This document shows positions 38,001 through 53,000 of a stretch of DNA of 64,000 nucleotides, one piece after another. Under the pieces are notes generated by a model that was not told the origin of the DNA, did not search any database, and saw nothing but the letters and a program-made list of their open reading frames with translations. The stretch covers positions 145,392,001 through 145,456,000 of the forward strand of contig CM059431.1 in NCBI GenBank assembly GCA_030390025.1, in the 5' to 3' direction. Position 1 is the first letter of the stretch, and each line of letters opens with the position of its first letter. The translations under genes and the position numbers were made by a program. The stretch comes from Squalus acanthias (taxonomy: Eukaryota).

Positions 38001-41000
38001 GAGAGTGTGAAGGGCTGTGTCATGATGCTGGATGTATTGGAGAGTGTGAAGGGCTGTGTCATGATGCTGGATGTATTGGAGAGTGTGAAGGGCTGTGTCA
38101 TGATGCTGGATGTATTGGAGAGTGTGAAGGGCTGTGTCATGATGCTGGATGTATTGGAGAGTGTGAAGGGCTGTGTCATGATGCTGGATGTATTGGAGAG
38201 TGTGAAGGGCTGTGTCATGATGCTGGATGTATTGGAGAGTGTGAAGGGCTGTGTCATGATGCTGGATGTATTGGAGAGTGTGAAGGGCTGTGTCATGATG
38301 CTGGATGTATTGGAGAGTGTGAAGGGCTGTGTCATGATGCTGGATGTATTGGAGAGTGTGAAGGGCTGTGTCATGATGCTGGATGTATTGGAGAGTGTGA
38401 AGGGCTGTGTCATGATGCTGGATGTATTGGAGAGTGTGAAGGGCTGTGTCATGATGCTGGATGTATTGGAGAGTGTGAAGGGCTGTGTCATGATGCTGGA
38501 TGTATTGGAGAGTGTGAAGGGCTGTGTCATGATGCTGGATGTATTGGAGAGTGTGAAGGGCTGTGTCATGATGCTGGATGTATTGGAGAGTGTGAAGGGC
38601 TGTGTCATGATGCTGGATGTATTGGAGAGTGTGAAGGGCTGTGTCATGATGCTGGATGTATTGGAGAGTGTGAAGGGCTGTGTCATGATGCTGGATGTAT
38701 TGGAGAGTGTGAAGGGCTGTGTCATGATGCTGGATGTATTGGAGAGTGTGAAGGGCTGTGTCATGATGCTGGATGTATTGGAGAGTGTGAAGGGCTGTGT
38801 CATGATGCTGGATGTATTGGAGAGTGTGAAGGGCTGTGTCATGATGCTGGATGTATTGGAGAGTGTGAAGGGCTGTGTCATGATGCTGGATGTATTGGAG
38901 AGTGTGAAGGGCTGTGTCATGATGCTGGATGTATTGGAGAGTGTGAAGGGCTGTGTCATGATGCTGGATGTATTGGAGAGTGTGAAGGGCTGTGTCATGA
39001 TGCTGGATGTATTGGAGAGTGTGAAGGGCTGTGTCATGATGCTGGATGTATTGGAGAGTGTGAAGGGCTGTGTCATGATGCTGGATGTATTGGAGAGTGT
39101 GAAGGGCTGTGTCATGATGCTGGATGTATTGGAGAGTGTGAAGGGCTGTGTCATGATGCTGGATGTATTGGAGAGTGTGAAGGGCTGTGTCATGATGCTG
39201 GATGTATTGGAGAGTGTGAAGGGCTGTGTCATGATGCTGGATGTATTGGAGAGTGTGAAGGGCTGTGTCATGATGCTGGATGTATTGGAGAGTGTGAAGG
39301 GCTGTGTCATGATGCTGGATGTATTGGAGAGTGTGAAGGGCTGTGTCATGATGCTGGATGTATTGGAGAGTGTGAAGGGCTGTGTCATGATGCTGGATGT
39401 ATTGGAGAGTGTGAAGGGCTGTGTCATGATGCTGGATGTATTGGAGAGTGTGAAGGGCTGTGTCATGATGCTGGATGTATTGGAGAGTGTGAAGGGCTGT
39501 GTCATGATGCTGGATGTATTGGAGAGTGTGAAGGGCTGTGTCATGATGCTGGATGTATTGGAGAGTGTGAAGGGCTGTGTCATGATGCTGGATGTATTGG
39601 AGAGTGTGAAGGGCTGTGTCATGATGCTGGATGTATTGGAGAGTGTGAAGGGCTGTGTCATGATGCTGGATGTATTGGAGAGTGTGAAGGGCTGTGTCAT
39701 GATGCTGGATGTATTGGAGAGTGTGAAGGGCTGTGTCATGATGCTGGATGTATTGGAGAGTGTGAAGGGCTGTGTCATGATGCTGGATGTATTGGAGAGT
39801 GTGAAGGGCTGTGTCATGATGCTGGATGTATTGGAGAGTGTGAAGGGCTGTGTCATGATGCTGGATGTATTGGAGAGTGTGAAGGGCTGTGTCATGATGC
39901 TGGATGTATTGGAGAGTGTGAAGGGCTGTGTCATGATGCTGGATGTATTGGAGAGTGTGAAGGGCTGTGTCATGATGCTGGATGTATTGGAGAGTGTGAA
40001 GGGCTGTGTCATGATGCTGGATGTATTGGAGAGTGTGAAGGGCTGTGTCATGATGCTGGATGTATTGGAGAGTGTGAAGGGCTGTGTCATGATGCTGGAT
40101 GTATTGGAGAGTGTGAAGGGCTGTGTCATGATGCTGGATGTATTGGAGAGTGTGAAGGGCTGTGTCATGATGCTGGATGTATTGGAGAGTGTGAAGGGCT
40201 GTGTCATGATGCTGGATGTATTGGAGAGTGTGAAGGGCTGTGTCATGATGCTGGATGTATTGGAGAGTGTGAAGGGCTGTGTCATGATGCTGGATGTATT
40301 GGAGAGTGTGAAGGGCTGTGTCATGATGCTGGATGTATTGGAGAGTGTGAAGGGCTGTGTCATGATGCTGGATGTATTGGAGAGTGTGAAGGGCTGTGTC
40401 ATGATGCTGGATGTATTGGAGAGTGTGAAGGGCTGTGTCATGATGCTGGATGTATTGGAGAGTGTGAAGGGCTGTGTCATGATGCTGGATGTATTGGAGA
40501 GTGTGAAGGGCTGTGTCATGATGCTGGATGTATTGGAGAGTGTGAAGGGCTGTGTCATGATGCTGGATGTATTGGAGAGTGTGAAGGGCTGTGTCATGAT
40601 GCTGGATGTATTGGAGAGTGTGAAGGGCTGTGTCATGATGCTGGATGTATTGGAGAGTGTGAAGGGCTGTGTCATGATGCTGGATGTATTGGAGAGTGTG
40701 AAGGGCTGTGTCATGATGCTGGATGTATTGGAGAGTGTGAAGGGCTGTGTCATGATGCTGGATGTATTGGAGAGTGTGAAGGGCTGTGTCATGATGCTGG
40801 ATGTATTGGAGAGTGTGAAGGGCTGTGTCATGATGCTGGATGTATTGGAGAGTGTGAAGGGCTGTGTCATGATGCTGGATGTATTGGAGAGTGTGAGGGC
40901 TGTGTCATGATGCTGGATTTATTGGAGAGTGTGAAGGGCTGTGTCACGATGCTGGATGTATTGGAGAGTGTGAAGGGCTGTGTCATGATGCTGGATGTAT

Positions 41001-44000
41001 TTGGAGAGTGTGAAGGGCTGTGTCATGATGCTGGATGTTTTGGAGACTGTGATGGGCTGTGTCATGATGCTGGATATATTGGAGAGTGTGAAGGGCTGTG
41101 TCATGATGCTGGATGTATTGGAGAGTGTGAAGGGCTGTGTCATGATGCTGGATGTTTTGGAGATTGTGAAGGGCTGTGTCATGATGCTGGATGTATTGGA
41201 GAGTGTGAAGGGCTGTGTCATGATGGTCGATCTATTGGAGAGTGTGAAGGGCTGTGTCATGATGCTGGATGTATTGGAGAGTGTGAAGGGCTGTGTCATG
41301 ATGCTGGATGTATTGGAGAGTGTGAAGGGCTGTGTCATGATGCTGGATGTATTGGAGAGTGTGAAGGGCTGTGTCATGATGCTGGATGTATTGGAGAGTG
41401 TGAAGGGCTGTGTCATGATGCTGGATGTATTGGAGAGTGTGAAGGGCTGTGTCATGATGCTGGATGTATTGGAGAGTGTGAAGGGCTGTGTCATGATGCT
41501 GGATGTATTGGAGAGTGTGAAGGGCTGTGTCATGATGCTGGATGTATTGGAGAGTGTGAAGGGCTGTGTCATGATGCTGGATGTATTGGAGAGTGTGAAG
41601 GGCTGTGTCATGATGCTGGATGTATTGGAGAGTGTGAAGGGCTGTGTCATGATGCTGGATGTATTGGAGAGTGTGAAGGGCTGTGTCATGATGCTGGATG
41701 TATTGGAGAGTGTGAAGGGCTGTGTCATGATGCTGGATGTATTGGAGAGTGTGAAGGGCTGTGTCATGATGCTGGATGTATTGGAGAGTGTGAAGGGCTG
41801 TGTCATGATGCTGGATGTATTGGAGAGTGTGAAGGGCTGTGTCATGATGCTGGATGTATTGGAGAGTGTGAAGGGCTGTGTCATGATGCTGGATGTATTG
41901 GAGAGTGTGAAGGGCTGTGTCATGATGCTGGATGTATTGGAGAGTGTGAAGGGCTGTGTCATGATGCTGGATGTATTGGAGAGTGTGAAGGGCTGTGTCA
42001 TGATGCTGGATGTATTGGAGAGTGTGAAGGGCTGTGTCATGATGCTGGATGTATTGGAGAGTGTGAAGGGCTGTGTCATGATGCTGGATGTATTGGAGAG
42101 TGTGAAGGGCTGTGTCATGATGCTGGATGTATTGGAGAGTGTGAAGGGCTGTGTCATGATGCTGGATGTATTGGAGAGTGTGAAGGGCTGTGTCATGATG
42201 CTGGATGTATTGGAGAGTGTGAAGGGCTGTGTCATGATGCTGGATGTATTGGAGAGTGTGAAGGGCTGTGTCATGATGCTGGATGTATTGGAGAGTGTGA
42301 AGGGCTGTGTCATGATGCTGGATGTATTGGAGAGTGTGAAGGGCTGTGTCATGATGCTGGATGTATTGGAGAGTGTGAAGGGCTGTGTCATGATGCTGGA
42401 TGTATTGGAGAGTGTGAAGGGCTGTGTCATGATGCTGGATGTATTGGAGAGTGTGAAGGGCTGTGTCATGATGCTGGATGTATTGGAGAGTGTGAAGGGC
42501 TGTGTCATGATGCTGGATGTATTGGAGAGTGTGAAGGGCTGTGTCATGATGCTGGATGTATTGGAGAGTGTGAAGGGCTGTGTCATGATGCTGGATGTAT
42601 TGGAGAGTGTGAAGGGCTGTGTCATGATGCTGGATGTATTGGAGAGTGTGAAGGGCTGTGTCATGATGCTGGATGTATTGGAGAGTGTGAAGGGCTGTGT
42701 CATGATGCTGGATGTATTGGAGAGTGTGAAGGGCTGTGTCATGATGCTGGATGTATTGGAGAGTGTGAAGGGCTGTGTCATGATGCTGGATGTATTGGAG
42801 AGTGTGAAGGGCTGTGTCATGATGCTGGATGTATTGGAGAGTGTGAAGGGCTGTGTCATGATGCTGGATGTATTGGAGAGTGTGAAGGGCTGTGTCATGA
42901 TGCTGGATGTATTGGAGAGTGTGAAGGGCTGTGTCATGATGCTGGATGTATTGGAGAGTGTGAAGGGCTGTGTCATGATGCTGGATGTATTGGAGAGTGT
43001 GAAGGGCTGTGTCATGATGCTGGATGTATTGGAGAGTGTGAAGGGCTGTGTCATGATGCTGGATGTATTGGAGAGTGTGAAGGGCTGTGTCATGATGCTG
43101 GATGTATTGGAGAGTGTGAAGGGCTGTGTCATGATGCTGGATGTATTGGAGAGTGTGAAGGGCTGTGTCATGATGCTGGATGTATTGGAGAGTGTGAAGG
43201 GCTGTGTCATGATGCTGGATGTATTGGAGAGTGTGAAGGGCTGTGTCATGATGCTGGATGTATTGGAGAGTGTGAAGGGCTGTGTCATGATGCTGGATGT
43301 ATTGGAGAGTGTGAAGGGCTGTGTCATGATGCTGGATGTATTGGAGAGTGTGAAGGGCTGTGTCATGATGCTGGATGTATTGGAGAGTGTGAAGGGCTGT
43401 GTCATGATGCTGGATGTATTGGAGAGTGTGAAGGGCTGTGTCATGATGCTGGATGTATTGGAGAGTGTGAAGGGCTGTGTCATGATGCTGGATGTATTGG
43501 AGAGTGTGAAGGGCTGTGTCATGATGCTGGATGTATTGGAGAGTGTGAAGGGCTGTGTCATGATGCTGGATGTATTGGAGAGTGTGAAGGGCTGTGTCAT
43601 GATGCTGGATGTATTGGAGAGTGTGAAGGGCTGTGTCATGATGCTGGATGTATTGGAGAGTGTGAAGGGCTGTGTCATGATGCTGGATGTATTGGAGAGT
43701 GTGAAGGGCTGTGTCATGATGCTGGATGTATTGGAGAGTGTGAAGGGCTGTGTCATGATGCTGGATGTATTGGAGAGTGTGAAGGGCTGTGTCATGATGC
43801 TGGATGTATTGGAGAGTGTGAAGGGCTGTGTCATGATGCTGGATGTATTGGAGAGTGTGAAGGGCTGTGTCATGATGCTGGATGTATTGGAGAGTGTGAA
43901 GGGCTGTGTCATGATGCTGGATGTATTGGAGAGTGTGAAGGGCTGTGTCATGATGCTGGATGTATTGGAGAGTGTGAAGGGCTGTGTCATGATGCTGGAT

Positions 44001-47000
44001 GTATTGGAGAGTGTGAAGGGCTGTGTCATGATGCTGGATGTATTGGAGAGTGTGAAGGGCTGTGTCATGATGCTGGATGTATTGGAGAGTGTGAAGGGCT
44101 GTGTCATGATGCTGGATGTATTGGAGAGTGTGAAGGGCTGTGTCATGATGCTGGATGTATTGGAGAGTGTGAAGGGCTGTGTCATGATGCTGGATGTATT
44201 GGAGAGTGTGAAGGGCTGTGTCATGATGCTGGATGTATTGGAGAGTGTGAAGGGCTGTGTCATGATGCTGGATGTATTGGAGAGTGTGAAGGGCTGTGTC
44301 ATGATGCTGGATGTATTGGAGAGTGTGAAGGGCTGTGTCATGATGCTGGATGTATTGGAGAGTGTGAAGGGCTGTGTCATGATGCTGGATGTATTGGAGA
44401 GTGTGAAGGGCTGTGTCATGATGCTGGATGTATTGGAGAGTGTGAAGGGCTGTGTCATGATGCTGGATGTATTGGAGAGTGTGAAGGGCTGTGTCATGAT
44501 GCTGGATGTATTGGAGAGTGTGAAGGGCTGTGTCATGATGCTGGATGTATTGGAGAGTGTGAAGGGCTGTGTCATGATGCTGGATGTATTGGAGAGTGTG
44601 AAGGGCTGTGTCATGATGCTGGATGTATTGGAGAGTGTGAAGGGCTGTGTCATGATGCTGGATGTATTGGAGAGTGTGAAGGGCTGTGTCATGATGCTGG
44701 ATGTATTGGAGAGTGTGAAGGGCTGTGTCATGATGCTGGATGTATTGGAGAGTGTGAAGGGCTGTGTCATGATGCTGGATGTATTGGAGAGTGTGAAGGG
44801 CTGTGTCATGATGCTGGATGTATTGGAGAGTGTGAAGGGCTGTGTCATGATGCTGGATGTATTGGAGAGTGTGAAGGGCTGTGTCATGATGCTGGATGTA
44901 TTGGAGAGTGTGAAGGGCTGTGTCATGATGCTGGATGTATTGGAGAGTGTGAAGGGCTGTGTCATGATGCTGGATGTATTGGAGAGTGTGAAGGGCTGTG
45001 TCATGATGCTGGATGTATTGGAGAGTGTGAAGGGCTGTGTCATGATGCTGGATGTATTGGAGAGTGTGAAGGGCTGTGTCATGATGCTGGATGTATTGGA
45101 GAGTGTGAAGGGCTGTGTCATGATGCTGGATGTATTGGAGAGTGTGAAGGGCTGTGTCATGATGCTGGATGTATTGGAGAGTGTGAAGGGCTGTGTCATG
45201 ATGCTGGATGTATTGGAGAGTGTGAAGGGCTGTGTCATGATGCTGGATGTATTGGAGAGTGTGAAGGGCTGTGTCATGATGCTGGATGTATTGGAGAGTG
45301 TGAAGGGCTGTGTCATGATGCTGGATGTATTGGAGAGTGTGAAGGGCTGTGTCATGATGCTGGATGTATTGGAGAGTGTGAAGGGCTGTGTCATGATGCT
45401 GGATGTATTGGAGAGTGTGAAGGGCTGTGTCATGATGCTGGATGTATTGGAGAGTGTGAAGGGCTGTGTCATGATGCTGGATGTATTGGAGAGTGTGAAG
45501 GGCTGTGTCATGATGCTGGATGTATTGGAGAGTGTGAAGGGCTGTGTCATGATGCTGGATGTATTGGAGAGTGTGAAGGGCTGTGTCATGATGCTGGATG
45601 TATTGGAGAGTGTGAAGGGCTGTGTCATGATGCTGGATGTATTGGAGAGTGTGAAGGGCTGTGTCATGATGCTGGATGTATTGGAGAGTGTGAAGGGCTG
45701 TGTCATGATGCTGGATGTATTGGAGAGTGTGAAGGGCTGTGTCATGATGCTGGATGTATTGGAGAGTGTGAAGGGCTGTGTCATGATGCTGGATGTATTG
45801 GAGAGTGTGAAGGGCTGTGTCATGATGCTGGATGTATTGGAGAGTGTGAAGGGCTGTGTCATGATGCTGGATGTATTGGAGAGTGTGAAGGGCTGTGTCA
45901 TGATGCTGGATGTATTGGAGAGTGTGAAGGGCTGTGTCATGATGCTGGATGTATTGGAGAGTGTGAAGGGCTGTGTCATGATGCTGGATGTATTGGAGAG
46001 TGTGAAGGGCTGTGTCATGATGCTGGATGTATTGGAGAGTGTGAAGGGCTGTGTCATGATGCTGGATGTATTGGAGAGTGTGAAGGGCTGTGTCATGATG
46101 CTGGATGTATTGGAGAGTGTGAAGGGCTGTGTCATGATGCTGGATGTATTGGAGAGTGTGAAGGGCTGTGTCATGATGCTGGATGTATTGGAGAGTGTGA
46201 AGGGCTGTGTCATGATGCTGGATGTATTGGAGAGTGTGAAGGGCTGTGTCATGATGCTGGATGTATTGGAGAGTGTGAAGGGCTGTGTCATGATGCTGGA
46301 TGTATTGGAGAGTGTGAAGGGCTGTGTCATGATGCTGGATGTATTGGAGAGTGTGAAGGGCTGTGTCATGATGCTGGATGTATTGGAGAGTGTGAAGGGC
46401 TGTGTCATGATGCTGGATGTATTGGAGAGTGTGAAGGGCTGTGTCATGATGCTGGATGTATTGGAGAGTGTGAAGGGCTGTGTCATGATGCTGGATGTAT
46501 TGGAGAGTGTGAAGGGCTGTGTCATGATGCTGGATGTATTGGAGAGTGTGAAGGGCTGTGTCATGATGCTGGATGTATTGGAGAGTGTGAAGGGCTGTGT
46601 CATGATGCTGGATGTATTGGAGAGTGTGAAGGGCTGTGTCATGATGCTGGATGTATTGGAGAGTGTGAAGGGCTGTGTCATGATGCTGGATGTATTGGAG
46701 AGTGTGAAGGGCTGTGTCATGATGCTGGATGTATTGGAGAGTGTGAAGGGCTGTGTCATGATGCTGGATGTATTGGAGAGTGTGAAGGGCTGTGTCATGA
46801 TGCTGGATGTATTGGAGAGTGTGAAGGGCTGTGTCATGATGCTGGATGTATTGGAGAGTGTGAAGGGCTGTGTCATGATGCTGGATGTATTGGAGAGTGT
46901 GAAGGGCTGTGTCATGATGCTGGATGTATTGGAGAGTGTGAAGGGCTGTGTCATGATGCTGGATGTATTGGAGAGTGTGAAGGGCTGTGTCATGATGCTG

Positions 47001-50000
47001 GATGTATTGGAGAGTGTGAAGGGCTGTGTCATGATGCTGGATGTATTGGAGAGTGTGAAGGGCTGTGTCATGATGCTGGATGTATTGGAGAGTGTGAAGG
47101 GCTGTGTCATGATGCTGGATGTATTGGAGAGTGTGAAGGGCTGTGTCATGATGCTGGATGTATTGGAGAGTGTGAAGGGCTGTGTCATGATGCTGGATGT
47201 ATTGGAGAGTGTGAAGGGCTGTGTCATGATGCTGGATGTATTGGAGAGTGTGAAGGGCTGTGTCATGATGCTGGATGTATTGGAGAGTGTGAAGGGCTGT
47301 GTCATGATGCTGGATGTATTGGAGAGTGTGAAGGGCTGTGTCATGATGCTGGATGTATTGGAGAGTGTGAAGGGCTGTGTCATGATGCTGGATGTATTGG
47401 AGAGTGTGAAGGGCTGTGTCATGATGCTGGATGTATTGGAGAGTGTGAAGGGCTGTGTCATGATGCTGGATGTATTGGAGAGTGTGAAGGGCTGTGTCAT
47501 GATGCTGGATGTATTGGAGAGTGTGAAGGGCTGTGTCATGATGCTGGATGTATTGGAGAGTGTGAAGGGCTGTGTCATGATGCTGGATGTATTGGAGAGT
47601 GTGAAGGGCTGTGTCATGATGCTGGATGTATTGGAGAGTGTGAAGGGCTGTGTCATGATGCTGGATGTATTGGAGAGTGTGAAGGGCTGTGTCATGATGC
47701 TGGATGTATTGGAGAGTGTGAAGGGCTGTGTCATGATGCTGGATGTATTGGAGAGTGTGAAGGGCTGTGTCATGATGCTGGATGTATTGGAGAGTGTGAA
47801 GGGCTGTGTCATGATGCTGGATGTATTGGAGAGTGTGAAGGGCTGTGTCATGATGCTGGATGTATTGGAGAGTGTGAAGGGCTGTGTCATGATGCTGGAT
47901 GTATTGGAGAGTGTGAAGGGCTGTGTCATGATGCTGGATGTATTGGAGAGTGTGAAGGGCTGTGTCATGATGCTGGATGTATTGGAGAGTGTGAAGGGCT
48001 GTGTCATGATGCTGGATGTATTGGAGAGTGTGAAGGGCTGTGTCATGATGCTGGATGTATTGGAGAGTGTGAAGGGCTGTGTCATGATGCTGGATGTATT
48101 GGAGAGTGTGAAGGGCTGTGTCATGATGCTGGATGTATTGGAGAGTGTGAAGGGCTGTGTCATGATGCTGGATGTATTGGAGAGTGTGAAGGGCTGTGTC
48201 ATGATGCTGGATGTATTGGAGAGTGTGAAGGGCTGTGTCATGATGCTGGATGTATTGGAGAGTGTGAAGGGCTGTGTCATGATGCTGGATGTATTGGAGA
48301 GTGTGAAGGGCTGTGTCATGATGCTGGATGTATTGGAGAGTGTGAAGGGCTGTGTCATGATGCTGGATGTATTGGAGAGTGTGAAGGGCTGTGTCATGAT
48401 GCTGGATGTATTGGAGAGTGTGAAGGGCTGTGTCATGATGCTGGATGTATTGGAGAGTGTGAAGGGCTGTGTCATGATGCTGGATGTATTGGAGAGTGTG
48501 AAGGGCTGTGTCATGATGCTGGATGTATTGGAGAGTGTGAAGGGCTGTGTCATGATGCTGGATGTATTGGAGAGTGTGAAGGGCTGTGTCATGATGCTGG
48601 ATGTATTGGAGAGTGTGAAGGGCTGTGTCATGATGCTGGATGTATTGGAGAGTGTGAAGGGCTGTGTCATGATGCTGGATGTATTGGAGAGTGTGAAGGG
48701 CTGTGTCATGATGCTGGATGTATTGGAGAGTGTGAAGGGCTGTGTCATGATGCTGGATGTATTGGAGAGTGTGAAGGGCTGTGTCATGATGCTGGATGTA
48801 TTGGAGAGTGTGAAGGGCTGTGTCATGATGCTGGATGTATTGGAGAGTGTGAAGGGCTGTGTCATGATGCTGGATGTATTGGAGAGTGTGAAGGGCTGTG
48901 TCATGATGCTGGATGTATTGGAGAGTGTGAAGGGCTGTGTCATGATGCTGGATGTATTGGAGAGTGTGAAGGGCTGTGTCATGATGCTGGATGTATTGGA
49001 GAGTGTGAAGGGCTGTGTCATGATGCTGGATGTATTGGAGAGTGTGAAGGGCTGTGTCATGATGCTGGATGTATTGGAGAGTGTGAAGGGCTGTGTCATG
49101 ATGCTGGATGTATTGGAGAGTGTGAAGGGCTGTGTCATGATGCTGGATGTATTGGAGAGTGTGAAGGGCTGTGTCATGATGCTGGATGTATTGGAGAGTG
49201 TGAAGGGCTGTGTCATGATGCTGGATGTATTGGAGAGTGTGAAGGGCTGTGTCATGATGCTGGATGTATTGGAGAGTGTGAAGGGCTGTGTCATGATGCT
49301 GGATGTATTGGAGAGTGTGAAGGGCTGTGTCATGATGCTGGATGTATTGGAGAGTGTGAAGGGCTGTGTCATGATGCTGGATGTATTGGAGAGTGTGAAG
49401 GGCTGTGTCATGATGCTGGATGTATTGGAGAGTGTGAAGGGCTGTGTCATGATGCTGGATGTATTGGAGAGTGTGAAGGGCTGTGTCATGATGCTGGATG
49501 TATTGGAGAGTGTGAAGGGCTGTGTCATGATGCTGGATGTATTGGAGAGTGTGAAGGGCTGTGTCATGATGCTGGATGTATTGGAGAGTGTGAAGGGCTG
49601 TGTCATGATGCTGGATGTATTGGAGAGTGTGAAGGGCTGTGTCATGATGCTGGATGTATTGGAGAGTGTGAAGGGCTGTGTCATGATGCTGGATGTATTG
49701 GAGAGTGTGAAGGGCTGTGTCATGATGCTGGATGTATTGGAGAGTGTGAAGGGCTGTGTCATGATGCTGGATGTATTGGAGAGTGTGAAGGGCTGTGTCA
49801 TGATGCTGGATGTATTGGAGAGTGTGAAGGGCTGTGTCATGATGCTGGATGTATTGGAGAGTGTGAAGGGCTGTGTCATGATGCTGGATGTATTGGAGAG
49901 TGTGAAGGGCTGTGTCATGATGCTGGATGTATTGGAGAGTGTGAAGGGCTGTGTCATGATGCTGGATGTATTGGAGAGTGTGAAGGGCTGTGTCATGATG

Positions 50001-53000
50001 CTGGATGTATTGGAGAGTGTGAAGGGCTGTGTCATGATGCTGGATGTATTGGAGAGTGTGAAGGGCTGTGTCATGATGCTGGATGTATTGGAGAGTGTGA
50101 AGGGCTGTGTCATGATGCTGGATGTATTGGAGAGTGTGAAGGGCTGTGTCATGATGCTGGATGTATTGGAGAGTGTGAAGGGCTGTGTCATGATGCTGGA
50201 TGTATTGGAGAGTGTGAAGGGCTGTGTCATGATGCTGGATGTATTGGAGAGTGTGAAGGGCTGTGTCATGATGCTGGATGTATTGGAGAGTGTGAAGGGC
50301 TGTGTCATGATGCTGGATGTATTGGAGAGTGTGAAGGGCTGTGTCATGATGCTGGATGTATTGGAGAGTGTGAAGGGCTGTGTCATGATGCTGGATGTAT
50401 TGGAGAGTGTGAAGGGCTGTGTCATGATGCTGGATGTATTGGAGAGTGTGAAGGGCTGTGTCATGATGCTGGATGTATTGGAGAGTGTGAAGGGCTGTGT
50501 CATGATGCTGGATGTATTGGAGAGTGTGAAGGGCTGTGTCATGATGCTGGATGTATTGGAGAGTGTGAAGGGCTGTGTCATGATGCTGGATGTATTGGAG
50601 AGTGTGAAGGGCTGTGTCATGATGCTGGATGTATTGGAGAGTGTGAAGGGCTGTGTCATGATGCTGGATGTATTGGAGAGTGTGAAGGGCTGTGTCATGA
50701 TGCTGGATGTATTGGAGAGTGTGAAGGGCTGTGTCATGATGCTGGATGTATTGGAGAGTGTGAAGGGCTGTGTCATGATGCTGGATGTATTGGAGAGTGT
50801 GAAGGGCTGTGTCATGATGCTGGATGTATTGGAGAGTGTGAAGGGCTGTGTCATGATGCTGGATGTATTGGAGAGTGTGAAGGGCTGTGTCATGATGCTG
50901 GATGTATTGGAGAGTGTGAAGGGCTGTGTCATGATGCTGGATGTATTGGAGAGTGTGAAGGGCTGTGTCATGATGCTGGATGTATTGGAGAGTGTGAAGG
51001 GCTGTGTCATGATGCTGGATGTATTGGAGAGTGTGAAGGGCTGTGTCATGATGCTGGATGTATTGGAGAGTGTGAAGGGCTGTGTCATGATGCTGGATGT
51101 ATTGGAGAGTGTGAAGGGCTGTGTCATGATGCTGGATGTATTGGAGAGTGTGAAGGGCTGTGTCATGATGCTGGATGTATTGGAGAGTGTGAAGGGCTGT
51201 GTCATGATGCTGGATGTATTGGAGAGTGTGAAGGGCTGTGTCATGATGCTGGATGTATTGGAGAGTGTGAAGGGCTGTGTCATGATGCTGGATGTATTGG
51301 AGAGTGTGAAGGGCTGTGTCATGATGCTGGATGTATTGGAGAGTGTGAAGGGCTGTGTCATGATGCTGGATGTATTGGAGAGTGTGAAGGGCTGTGTCAT
51401 GATGCTGGATGTATTGGAGAGTGTGAAGGGCTGTGTCATGATGCTGGATGTATTGGAGAGTGTGAAGGGCTGTGTCATGATGCTGGATGTATTGGAGAGT
51501 GTGAAGGGCTGTGTCATGATGCTGGATGTATTGGAGAGTGTGAAGGGCTGTGTCATGATGCTGGATGTATTGGAGAGTGTGAAGGGCTGTGTCATGATGC
51601 TGGATGTATTGGAGAGTGTGAAGGGCTGTGTCATGATGCTGGATGTATTGGAGAGTGTGAAGGGCTGTGTCATGATGCTGGATGTATTGGAGAGTGTGAA
51701 GGGCTGTGTCATGATGCTGGATGTATTGGAGAGTGTGAAGGGCTGTGTCATGATGCTGGATGTATTGGAGAGTGTGAAGGGCTGTGTCATGATGCTGGAT
51801 GTATTGGAGAGTGTGAAGGGCTGTGTCATGATGCTGGATGTATTGGAGAGTGTGAAGGGCTGTGTCATGATGCTGGATGTATTGGAGAGTGTGAAGGGCT
51901 GTGTCATGATGCTGGATGTATTGGAGAGTGTGAAGGGCTGTGTCATGATGCTGGATGTATTGGAGAGTGTGAAGGGCTGTGTCATGATGCTGGATGTATT
52001 GGAGAGTGTGAAGGGCTGTGTCATGATGCTGGATGTATTGGAGAGTGTGAAGGGCTGTGTCATGATGCTGGATGTATTGGAGAGTGTGAAGGGCTGTGTC
52101 ATGATGCTGGATGTATTGGAGAGTGTGAAGGGCTGTGTCATGATGCTGGATGTATTGGAGAGTGTGAAGGGCTGTGTCATGATGCTGGATGTATTGGAGA
52201 GTGTGAAGGGCTGTGTCATGATGCTGGATGTATTGGAGAGTGTGAAGGGCTGTGTCATGATGCTGGATGTATTGGAGAGTGTGAAGGGCTGTGTCATGAT
52301 GCTGGATGTATTGGAGAGTGTGAAGGGCTGTGTCATGATGCTGGATGTATTGGAGAGTGTGAAGGGCTGTGTCATGATGCTGGATGTATTGGAGAGTGTG
52401 AAGGGCTGTGTCATGATGCTGGATGTATTGGAGAGTGTGAAGGGCTGTGTCATGATGCTGGATGTATTGGAGAGTGTGAAGGGCTGTGTCATGATGCTGG
52501 ATGTATTGGAGAGTGTGAAGGGCTGTGTCATGATGCTGGATGTATTGGAGAGTGTGAAGGGCTGTGTCATGATGCTGGATGTATTGGAGAGTGTGAAGGG
52601 CTGTGTCATGATGCTGGATGTATTGGAGAGTGTGAAGGGCTGTGTCATGATGCTGGATGTATTGGAGAGTGTGAAGGGCTGTGTCATGATGCTGGATGTA
52701 TTGGAGAGTGTGAAGGGCTGTGTCATGATGCTGGATGTATTGGAGAGTGTGAAGGGCTGTGTCATGATGCTGGATGTATTGGAGAGTGTGAAGGGCTGTG
52801 TCATGATGCTGGATGTATTGGAGAGTGTGAAGGGCTGTGTCATGATGCTGGATGTATTGGAGAGTGTGAAGGGCTGTGTCATGATGCTGGATGTATTGGA
52901 GAGTGTGAAGGGCTGTGTCATGATGCTGGATGTATTGGAGAGTGTGAAGGGCTGTGTCATGATGCTGGATGTATTGGAGAGTGTGAAGGGCTGTGTCATG

